Assembly (NCBI GenBank): GCA_001724265.1
Contig: MEDY01000320.1
Coordinates: 1 to 64,000 of the forward strand
Reading direction: 5' to 3'
DNA: 64,000 nucleotides
Source of the DNA: Rhizaria sp. SCN 62-66
Taxonomy: Eukaryota
The notes under the pieces were generated by a model. It was not told the DNA's origin, did no database searches, and saw only the letters and a list, made by a program, of their open reading frames with translations. Each line of letters opens with the position of its first letter. The first letter of the stretch is position 1. Both the position numbers and the translations under genes were made by a program. Shown piece after piece: positions 12,454-22,796 of the stretch.

Positions 12454-14346
12454 TTAAGTGGAGGGCGCAGAAACGATGAGCTTGCCCTTCTGCGAGCGGT
12501 TGGAGAAGTTGTTGTTGCGCGAGCTCATGTAGGGGTAGAAGCCCGCCTTGGTGATCTGCATGAGCACGCCGCCGGCCAGCGACGCGGGCGCGTTGTTCAT
12601 CGCGGCGTTAATCTGCGTCTTGGTGCCGGCCTCGGCGACGGACGAGTAGTAGCCCGAAGTCGCGAGCACGAGCGCGCAGTTGACGTAGTCGGTGTCAGTG
12701 CCAAGGCGCGTGGTGCCGTCGAGCTCCCAGCACTTGGTGTGCTTGAACATGTGGTCCTTGGCGATGTCGAGCGCGATGGGCCAGTTGCCGCCTTGCTCGT
12801 CGGTGAGGACGAAGTTGATGCGGTCCGTGCCGCCCTGGCCCTGGCCGTCGTCGCCAGTCTGGCCGTCGCCACCGGGGGCGCCGTTGTTGTGCGTGTTGGA
12901 GCCAGTCCACTGCATGTGGATGAGGTCGTCAGTGGTGACGCGGAGGTCGTTGCGGACGAAGTCATACTCAACGGAGGGGAACGTCTGGACGATGTTACCA
13001 CGCTTGCCGCGGGTGTTAAAGTTCACAATGCGCTTGCCAGCGAGCGCGGTACCACGCTTCTTAATGAAGAACGTATGGGTGCGGTCCTGGAACGTGCGGC
13101 CGACCTGGGCCGTGTTGAGTGCGAGCTGGAGACCCTGGAGGTCGGCGCCGATGTCCACGGTGGGGTTGTTCTGCACAGGGGACTTAGCGCGGTTCGACTC
13201 GGCGTCGATGTTCCAGCCATCGTAGTCGTCCGAGGTCATGTTATAGCGGATGCGCATCACGCACTTGACCATGTCGTTGTTCGCGCCGTACGTCTTAAAC
13301 TTCTGCGTCGTGACGAGCTGCTCCCAGGTGGGGAGAGTCCAGGTGTAGTTGGCGGGAGTGCCGTCGCGGCCGTCGCCGAGGTGGTTGTCGCGCGACCAGT
13401 CGGCCTGCTTGCAGTCGGGCTTGGGGATGCCGAAGCTGGCGACCTACTCCCATTTGCCCTCGTTGGCCTTGCACGCCTCCTCGTTGTTGTACTTGGCCTT
13501 GGTGGCGTCCGTGATGGGGCCGCAGCGGAACTTGTCCTTGACGTTCTGGGACTCAGTGCCAACGTAGTTGCAGATGTCGATGTTCTGGTCGCCAATGGCC
13601 GTGGTGAGGTAGGCGATGTCGCGCCAGATCGTGGGCGTCCAGTACGGGTAGTAGTCGCGCTCCTCGGGGCACTCGAGGCCGGAGCGGCCGCCGTTGTTGT
13701 TCTGGCGGGTGTAGATTGCAGAGTCGCCGTTCAGGTTGCGGTCCGCGGTGAAGAGGCCCTTGTTGCGCTCGCGAGTCTGGCACAGGTAGTAGTTGTGTTC
13801 GTTCTCGTGGCGGCCGCGCTTGTTGTTGTCGTTGCTGGTCTTGGTGGTGGTGGCGCCAGCGAAGGTGCCCGATGCTTCGGGGGTGCCAGTGTTGCCACCG
13901 TTCTGGAGCGCAACCTCGAGGTCCTTGGTGTCGTCTTTCTGCGTGGCAGTGTCGCAGGTGTACTGCAGCACGACGTTACAGTTGATGTTGTAGGGGTCAG
14001 TGCCGTCGTTACCACCGCACGAGTGCTGGGTGGTCCACTGGTGGAGGAGCTCGGAGCCCTCGTAGTACACCATCGAGTACTGCTGCTTGTCGTTGTTGGC
14101 GCGCGAGAACACGGTCGTGAGGTCGGGTCCGGGGTTGCCGCCATCGAAGGCCTCGTTGGTCTTGTCACCGACGTTGAGGCCACCGCGCGCGTTGTTCTGG
14201 GTGTCCATCAGACGGTTGTTGTTGTCGCGGGTCGCCGTCTGCTCGTTCAAACGGTTGTTAGAACCACCGGTGAGGAGGTAAACATCGGCCAGGGCCGCGG
14301 GAAGCAGCCCAAGCACCAGCGCGAGCACAGCAACGTGAACCCTCAT
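12454..14346 (-). CDS. DD3-3-like secreted protein (630 aa) with one internal TAG at 13444-13446
   Basis: Signal peptide MRVHVAVLALVLGLLPAALA/DVYL; family motifs GSNNRL, ECPEERDYYPYW, RDNH, NTAQVGRTFQDR, RGKRGNIVQ, IQWTGS-like and RNNNFSNRSQKG. Two same-frame ORFs join through one TAG (KWE*VASFGIPKPDC) and are colinear with the neighbouring paralog. Ends in TAA. Confidence 0.88.
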
Positions 14347-15132
14347 GACTGGGACTGTGTTGGAAGCAACGCGAATAGTGGAGCAGACAAGGAGAGGGAG
14401 GGGGCAGAAAAACAAGTAATAGAAGGCACAGATGAGTGAAAATTGGTCGAGAACTTCCAGAGGTGAAATAAAAGAGAGATTTCTTCCAGCTTATTAAAAA
14501 TTCAGACGTGTCTGGCGAGATGGCTATCCGCTGGAAAGGCTTAAAGAGAGGGGACAAAGTGAGAGGCCTCACCCTTCGAGGGGAGTTCTGAGGAAATCCA
14601 AGAAGAAGCAAAAAGAGGTCCCAGAGCGCCGGTATTGCGACAAAAAAGATTGGAAGCGTCCTAAACAAATAGTTTTACCATTACATATCGCGTAAAGTGT
14701 GCGTTGACGAGGCAAATGGCCCCGACGCGGGGCGCTGAATCGCTCCTTGGAGGGCCCAAGCGCCCCTTAGTCGGTCTCGAGCTCACTCGCGAGCGGCCCG
14801 CGCCTGGCGTGCGCGCGGTCGCCAGCTCCCGCGTGCCTGCCTGGCCCCCCTTCGCCCGTCCTCCAGAGCCCCTTAGACGAGACGAGCGGCCCGCCTAAAA
14901 CGCGTTCAAGCGCTGCTCGGGCTCACTGCGTTGAATTGTGGGTTATTTTATCGAATGTGAATATTAGGGATGTGTCATATTTTTAAATTTTTGACTCGCC
15001 CTAAGGCGTTATTGTCTCGCTTGGCACCCTCTTCTGAGGGGGCCAAGTCCCTCGGGCCCTCCTCTCACCAAAGCTCTTCCTTTCGCCCCCCTTTTCTCGG
15101 GACCCCCGACCTTTTTCACATCCTTAGACCCG

Positions 15133-17640
15133 ATGAAGTTTGTTTCTACCTTTATCGTGCTGTCCCTCTGGGCCTACGCGGCCCTGGCGGACACTTACCT
15201 GGCGAACCCTCGTGGTTCTAACAATCGGTTCGTCCTTCATCGTCCCCCTTGACTCCCCATCTTGCTCCCCCACTCCACGCTCTCTCGCCGGTCGCAACAG
15301 ACTTGCCCCAGAGTCACAATGCGCATATTCTCTCATTCACTTTCTTGTCTTTTCAACCATGCCTTTTTTTCCCGGCGCACACTTAGTCTGAAGGGCCAGA
15401 ACCGCAACCGCAACAACGACAACCGCCTGTTCGACGACCAGAACAACAACCGCGGTGGTTACAACGTCGGCAACATGTACTACTATGAGGGCTCCATCTT
15501 GTCCGTCGAGTGGACTGCGCAGCACAGTTGCGGTAACGCTAACAACAAGTGCGAGTTCGTGTTCCAGTACATGTGCGAGAACCTCGTCCGTGACGGTACC
15601 GAGGAGACAACGATCCCGGCCAACAACGCTAACTGCCTTAACAACGACTGCGACACGGACCCGCGCTACGGCCGCCACGAGTCGTACGGCTACTACGACA
15701 ACTGCATCAAGCGCGAGCGCAACAAGGGCCTGTTCCGCGGCACGCAGAACCTGAACAACCGCAACACCGCGCGCCACACGCGCCAGAACGCGGCCGGCAC
15801 CCGCTACGGCTACGAGTGCCCCGAGGAGCGCGACTACTACCCGTACTGGGGTCCGTCCCCGTGGCGCGACGTCGCCATCTTCACCAACGAGCCCCAGCGC
15901 TGCGCCGCCTACGCCACCGAGTCGCAGAACGTCAAGTCCCGCTGGTACTGCAAGGTGCCCGAGATCTACTGGACGCTCTACCCCAATGCCGGCCAGCGTC
16001 CCATCCCGATCGCCGAGGACACGTGCGCCGCCTTCACCATGGTGAACCCCGAGACGCAGGCCAACGAGACGGCTGTGTGGACCGAAGTGTCCGCGTTTAA
16101 CCTGCCCGCGCCGCAGTGCCGCCAGAACCTCTTCACGCGTGACAACCACCACGGCAACGCGGTCGGCGGCCAGACCTACAACTTTAACTGGACCATCCCG
16201 GCCATCCCGCACGAGCGCTGCGTGTTCCGTCTCCGCTACAACATCACCACCGACGACTTCCCCGGCTTTGAGTCTGCGACGTCGATCCAGAGCTCGTACG
16301 TCAACGCCGACCTCTCTGGCCCCATCGGCGGCGGCGGCGAGGCCAAGGTGCCGATCTGGGAGAAGTTCGGCGTCTCCCAGGCGGAGGCCAAGACGCGCGG
16401 CTACGTGCTGCAGGGCAACCCCGAGGTGGACATGTTCGGCTCGCTGCTTACTGGCGCCGCCGCCGGCAAGGTGAAGCTCCAGCTTAACGTCAACACTGCG
16501 CAGTTCTCCCGCACGTTCGAGGACCGTTCGCACCGCTTCGCGATCCGCGCGCGCGAGGGCAACTACCCCGCCGACGCGACCATCTACAACCTCAACGTGC
16601 GCGGCAAGCGTGGCAACATTGTCCAGACCTATCCGGCCACCGAGTACGACTTCGCGCCCTCGCGCCTTGTCGCGAGCCAGGGCGACTACGTGCACATCCA
16701 GTGGACCGGCTCCAACGCCAACCCGCAGAACAACGACGGCCAGGGCCGCGCCGGCACGGACCGCTCCAACATGGTCGGCCTCGTCCGTCGCAAGTACACT
16801 GAGGCGCCCGAGAACAACCGCATCACGACTGTGGGCACTCTGGGCACCAACATCCCCAAGCGCCTCGGCGTCGACCTCAACTTCCTGGGCTGGTCCAACG
16901 AGACGCTGGTGCAGCTGGCGACTCTGTCGGCGCCCGGCGGCCAGTTCGGCGGCGATATGACCGAGTTTGACGACGCCGGCACGTACTTTGACATGGCGCC
17001 CCGCATGCTGGGCCGCATCGGTGTGTTTAACTACATGTGCACGCGCAACAACAACTTCTCCAATCGCTCGCAGAAGGGCGCCATCATCGTGTCGTTGGAC
17101 CGCATCTCGTCCGAGGTCATCGGCTGGAACGGTGGCGAGATCCAGGGCAAGGGCCGCAACAAGCTCATGGTCCCCGAGGGCGCCTTCCAGTCTGCACAGC
17201 TGCTGTCGCTCACGGTCGTGCCCGCGCACACGCTTGACTCGTCGCGCGGCGAGTCGATTGCCGACCTTTCCTCGGACGTCGTCGTGCTCGCCGGCGCCGT
17301 TGGTGCCAGCAACATGCTCGGCAACATGGTCAAGATCACCATCGGCCACGACGCGTCGCCGCTCGCCGACACCCACATCACCGTCGCCGACACGCTCGCG
17401 GGCCCCTGGACGCGCCTCGCGACCAGTGTGAGCTCCGACACCGCGTCGGCGTGGACGGACCGCGCCGGTGTGTACGCTGTGCAGTCGCCGCTTAAGGTCG
17501 GCGCCATCATCGGCATTGTCATCGGCGGGCTGATCCTCATCGCCGCGGGCGTCTTCCTCATCATCTACTGCAAGAAGAAGGCCGACGCCGCCGCCACGGC
17601 CGCCTACTCTGACTCCCTCAACGGCCCTCAGAACGCGTAA
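15133..17640 (+). CDS. DD3-3-like type I membrane protein (about 782 aa); exons 15133-15227 and 15387-17640
   Basis: Signal peptide MKFVSTFIVLSLWAYAALA/DTYLANPRGSNNR; phase-2 intron 15228-15386 (GTTCGT...TTAG) restores SNNRL; same DD3-3 motifs as the paralog; C-terminal hydrophobic helix VGAIIGIVIGGLILIAAGVFLIIYC followed by KKK; ends in TAA. Confidence 0.9.
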
Positions 17641-18294
17641 GTAGAGTAACCATGCGCTCCAACTGAGAGAGAACACTTGAGTTAATAACTCAGTTAATAA
17701 GTGTGCGGGAGGTGATTTGTGATAGTATGTGCGAGGCACAAGAATTGACTATGCGCGAACGAGAGACAGAAGCGTATATTGCATGAGAAGTAGATGCATG
17801 CGCGGGGGGTTTGGTATGTGCTGTGATGGAGAGACTGCTGTGCTGTTTATTATTGGTAGACAGAATGGCGAGGAGGATGACTACTGTTGTTTACTGTTTT
17901 ACAAAGCGAAAAGAAAAGAAAATACATTCCATATTGATACATTCCATACTGTTCTTATTCCAACGACAAAACGAAATTATAGCAAATCAAAAACGGTGTC
18001 ATAAACGGTGTCATAATCTGGCAACTGTATCGACCTCGCAATCGCTGGTACGTATTTGTTTCACATAGCTTGTTCGGTCATGTCACACTGTTCTCTTGTA
18101 ATCCAACGATGAGAAACGCTAAGTAAGTCGTATACAACGTAATCAAGTCATCATTCTGGTCAAGTCAAACTCAATTTAATCGTTCCCAATACTCCTTCAT
18201 TTTTCCTTCAATCATTCTACACCTTCACTGACCTCGATATCTTCGGCTGTTCGTCACGGTCACACAACACACTCGCTCACAGTGTCTCGCACGC

Positions 18295-21146
18295 TCAGGG
18301 CAGCTCAGCCTGATAGACGGTGTAGGCGTCGCGGAGGACCTGGAACACGACCTCGCCGATGACGCGCTCGCCCGCGTTGGCCGTGGCCATCTTGTCCGGA
18401 TGTGCCGCCTTGAGCGCGCTCTGGTACGCACGCCGCACTGCCTCTGCGTCGGCCACCGCGCCGCCGGCCTGCGCGTCATCCTCGAGCTCCGCGAAGGCCT
18501 GGGGCGCGTTGGGCAGGATCACGTGCAGCGTACGCAGCATCTCGACGAGATCGCCCTCGCAGACGCCGATCCAGTCCTCGACGAGCGCCTCGGCGGCGCC
18601 CATCTTACGGTCGCGCTCGCGGGCCGCGGCATCAAGCGTGAGCCGCTCTTGCGCCACGGCCGCAATGCGCGCCTCGACGCGCGCGGACCGCTGCTCCGCC
18701 ATGACCGTGGGCCGGCGCGGCAGTGCGCGCCGCGATGCCATCGTCGCGACTTCCACGCTCTCACCAACAGCACTGGCACTGCTCGTCTCGGTCGCGTTCT
18801 CGGCCGCAGCGGTGGCGGGGGCGGGCGCGGGCGCGGGGGCCATGATGGAGAAGCCACGGCCGCGGCGCGCGCCAGCGTCTGCAGTCGCGGCAGCGGGCTC
18901 GGGCGCAGCAGCAGCAGCAGCAGCAGCAGTGGCGGGGGCAGAAGCGGGAGCGGGAGCAGCGTTGCGTGCGCCGTTGACCGCGGGCGAGCCCAGGGAGTCT
19001 GGCTCTTGGCCCTCCACAGCCTCCGGCCCGTATCCCTCCTGCTGCGGCTGCTGCGGCTGGCGCTTGGCGGGCATGGGCGCGGCGGCTTCGTGCAGCGCGG
19101 CGAGCCACTGCGCGCGCAGCGCCGGCGTGGGCGCGGCGAGCACGAGCGTGCGGCCAGGCCTCGACGCGCCGCCACGGCTGGGCTTGAGCGGCGTCACCGT
19201 GAACGCGACGGACGCGCCCTCGACGTTGGTGAGACAGCTGCACGGCTCGCAGCGCAGGTCCTCGCGCGCGGCGCACACGGCGTCGAGCAGCGTCGCCGCC
19301 TTGATCGGCTTAGCTTGCGCCGCCAGGTCCGCTGGAGAGAACCAGTACCGCAGCGTCTTGGTGGACCGCGAGACAACGAGCCAGCGGCGGCGCCACTGCG
19401 CCTCCTTCTCGTCCCAGCGCAGCACCCAGCCCGCCGTGACGGCGTCGCGGTGGGACCGCTGCAGCGCGCCCGCGGCGGCCGCGCCCGCGGCGCCCGCGCC
19501 CGGGGCCGAGGCTGCGGCAGCGAGCGTCTGCACGAAGTCGGCGAGCTCCTCGGGCGTCAGCTCCACGCGCGCGGGCAGACCGCCGGCGGCGTTGCCATCG
19601 TTGTCAGCACCGTATGCGGAGGCGGAGGCGGCGGCGGGGGAAGTGGGGGAGCGCGCGCGGTCCGCTGCAACAAGCCCCGAGAGAACGGTGGACACGGAAC
19701 CCATCGCAGCGCTAGACCCACCGCCGCCCGCTGCGCCCGCCGCGCCGGCGACCGACGGACGCACTGGACGACTCGCACCACCAGCAGCGCCAGCGCCATC
19801 AGAGCCGGAGAGCGAAAAGGCGGATGCGGCGGCGCCGGCGCCGGCGGCGCGCGGGGATTGATCCGGCGACGGCGGCTCCGCCCCGTTGCTCGGCGGGCCC
19901 TGCGCCCCGGCGTCCAGCGCGCGCACCCATCCTAACGCGGAGGCGGCGTCTTGCGCGGCAAGGACCCAGCGGCGCGGCGCGGCGCCCGGCGCGGGCTCGG
20001 GCGTCACGGCAAAGACGTTGCGCACGCCCGCAACGATGGCGCCCGGCGGGAGCTGCGCGTGCACGGCCGCGGCCTCAGCCAGCGAGAGAAGCTCGACCTT
20101 CGCACCGACGAGGGACAGCGAGCCGTAGTACTGGTCCGCCGACGCGCGGTCGCGGTAATAGAATAGCGTGTCGTGGTCGAGCACGAAGTAGCGCGGCTTG
20201 AACTCCTTGCGGAAGGTCGGGAAAGTCGGGATCGCGCCCTGTTTCCACAGCGAGCCTTCACGCTGCGAGAACGGTGAGACCGGGAAGGCCTGGTCGAGCG
20301 CGGTCGCGTGCTCACCCAGCGTGTTAGACGCCGGGTCATAGGCGGCGCCGAGGGTGAGGAGTGTGGCGACCCAGTCCTCGAGCGAGGCGCGGGTGTCGCA
20401 GACGATGACGTAGGTGCGCTTCGAGCCCTCGGGCTGGATGCCGAAGGCGTGCGGGCGCTTGTGCGTCTCGGGCGGGAAGAGCGTCAGCCGCGAGCCGGGG
20501 ACGGGGATCTTGCCCAGCGCGATCGACTCGAGGTTCGACGGGGTCACCTTGGACGCGTCGTCTATGGGGGCAAAAAGGGAGTGCAAAGGAACAAGGTGGG
20601 GACAAGGGTGAGCGGGGGCGATGCGAGGGAGTGCGAATGAATGACGAGCGAGTGAATGACGAGTGCGAGTGCGAGTGCGAAAAAAACGAGAATGTGTGCG
20701 GAGACAATGAAGCGTACCAAGATAATAGAGGTTCTGCTGGGTGAGAACAAAGTAGCGACGCTTCCAGTTCTTGAGGAAACCACCCAGCTTGTGCAGGTAG
20801 TCTGCGCAGAGAGCATGCGAGAAGAGCGGAAGCATGTAACGAGCCATCCGTGCGGCGATGAACGAGGGCAGAAAACAGAGGATTAGGCAATGATGAGCAT
20901 CGGTGATGGGACTTTAGAGCCGCGAGCATAAAACAACGATAACGTGTGTGTTTCTTCGGGGAATTGAAAGCCAACGAATGTCTCGCTGCTGCCCCTGAAG
21001 ATCATAAGCGGTGGCGAGAAGTGGAGAATGCGAGTGTGCACGAACAACACGAAAAGATGGTATATGCAGACGAAAGACGAACCTTGTTTGATGATACTAA
21101 GTGCGTAGGACCATGACGGCGAAATAGCAGGCGCTCGGTCAGACAT
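18295..21146 (-). CDS. Protein with three PH domains and a C-terminal auxilin-type J domain (about 804 aa); exons 21146-21083, 20801-20718 and 20561-18295
   Basis: PH motifs YLHKLGG..KNWKRRYFVL, EGSLWKQG..FKPRYFVL and AGWVLRW..WRRRWLVV; J-domain VRRAYQSALKAAHPDK..VFQVLRDAY. Phase-1 introns 21082-20802 (GTTCGT..CAG) and 20717-20562 (GTACGC..TAG). The first exon is less certain. Ends in TGA. Confidence 0.82.
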
Positions 21147-21795
21147 TTTATATTTGACGGACAATAGAGCTGTTTCACCTCTCAATTTGAAACTCTCCTG
21201 ACGATGGCGAGACGACTCACTCGATACGTTGCAGATCGCCCAGTCTGACCGTCCGTTTCTCAAGGATATATTACCGCAAATATTGTGTTAAAGTACATTG
21301 ATTGTAGATATGTATGTAATGGGTTAATTTCTACTTAATATATGGTGCTTATTAACATAGCCCCCTTTTTGATAGAGATATCTTGAGAAATGCAGTATGA
21401 CCACAATCGCACGCGCCGTCAAGATTTTGCGTTTCGCAAGGCATAGCGGCGTTCCGACACGTACAATGTGGTAGTTAACAATATAAAAGGCTATGCCAAC
21501 AAACTTTTAGTATGAGCAAAGTGGGTGCAATTCCGTCAATCGCTAGATAATGGCTGTCAGCGTCTTGAGGAGAGGAATGAGATCTGTGATTTGCATGTCT
21601 CCTTTTTAATTGCAGATCAATGGGGATAAGACGAAGTAGATTAAAACAGTGGGATATGTATTTGGTTTTAGGTAAAAATAAAACACTATGGTTATATTAT
21701 ATTATTGTTTTTAGCCCCAGGAGAGCGGGCGCAGGCTTTGGGCGGCCTCGCCAAGACACAAAGTCTGGCGAGACGCGATGGTCAGAGCAAAGCGC

Positions 21796-22110
21796 TTACT
21801 TCTTGGGGGGGTACTCGGTGACGAGGAAGGTGTGGAGCGAGTCGGAGCCGCCAATGAAGTCCTTGGGAACGTTCTTAAGGGCGGTGTAGACGAGGGGGCA
21901 AGTCTTGTGGGAGTCGGCAGACTTGTTGAGCTTGGCGAGGGTCTTGATGCGGAGATCAGAGAACTCGGGCTTGGTGACCTCGATGACAGAGTAGGAGAGC
22001 TCCTCAGTGTGCTTCTCCGAGTACTCCTTGGCCTCCTTGACGGCCTTCTGGAAGTAGGGGCAGTCGCCGAAGCCGGAGACGACGATGTGAACGTGACCCT
22101 TGTCAGCCAT
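21796..22110 (-). CDS. Small glutaredoxin/thioredoxin-fold-like protein (104 aa)
   Basis: CPYF motif, a TCP motif at the cis-Pro position, and FIGGSDSL; strongly C/G-ending codon bias; ATG at 22110, ends in TAA. Confidence 0.75.
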   Translation of the reverse strand: MADKGHVHIVVSGFGDCPYFQKAVKEAKEYSEKHTEELSYSVIEVTKPEFSDLRIKTLAKLNKSADSHKTCPLVYTALKNVPKDFIGGSDSLHTFLVTEYPPKK

Positions 22111-22796
22111 GGTGGATACGGTGGAAACTAAACGTCGCGAAGAGCGGGTCAAGAAGGGTGACGTGGAAGATGAGAAACGGGAGAAGAAATTCATCTCAAT
22201 CCACTTCGCACAAGAGAACAAAGCAGAGTGAGGGTGATAGAGCGACACATGACAAAGCAAAAACATAAACAGATACGCAGAGGCAAAGTCTGTAAACCAG
22301 CCACAGGCAAGGTAAAGTCAGGTGGCGTTTGAACACCTTCCCGAAACCCCATTTTAGATCTTCTAATTTTCTGTCGCACAAATGCAGTGTTCGCGCAAAA
22401 AGAAAATAAATCAATACTAAAACAGGGGTGCAAAGCACTTAAAAGTGAACTGCAGTGCATTACCTAGCTCGGATGCCCGAGATCTTGTCTTTTACGTTGC
22501 TGACCCAGGATTGCATTTCGAGAGAGCATGCACCCGTTCGAGAACGGCCGACCGAAACCAATTTGTGGTGAATAAAGTTAAGCCGCGCCCACGGTCATTT
22601 CAGTTGGTCTCCGCTATCGCTTGCTGGGCGCGGAAGGCCCAAAGTTCAACTTTGGGGTCGCGATAAGTATGCATTGTCTACACGATCATTCGCTCACCTG
22701 CGCAGTTTGAGACGCGATTCTGTGTCTGCGCATCGTCACGTGGGTGGTCTTAATATTTTAAGAGCACTGACTGTCGTGTTTGGTTGATATCTCGAG

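Noticed and set aside
12739-17739. Long antisense ORFs (566 aa, 800 aa) and the many other overlapping ORFs such as 59032..61416 and 40256..42487
   Set aside because: Shadow ORFs expected from high GC3 opposite real genes; no domains recognised.
17991-18016. Short intergenic duplications (AAACGGTGTCAT x2; ACATGTACATGTA near 27144 and 55712)
   Set aside because: Too short and too few to support a mobile element, a CRISPR-like array or a defined regulatory site.
20562-20717. Stop-free in-frame segment translated in ORF 18295..20847 (GTLHCLRTHSRFF...)
   Set aside because: It is a 156-nt pyrimidine-rich GT-AG intron; removing it restores the PH domain.
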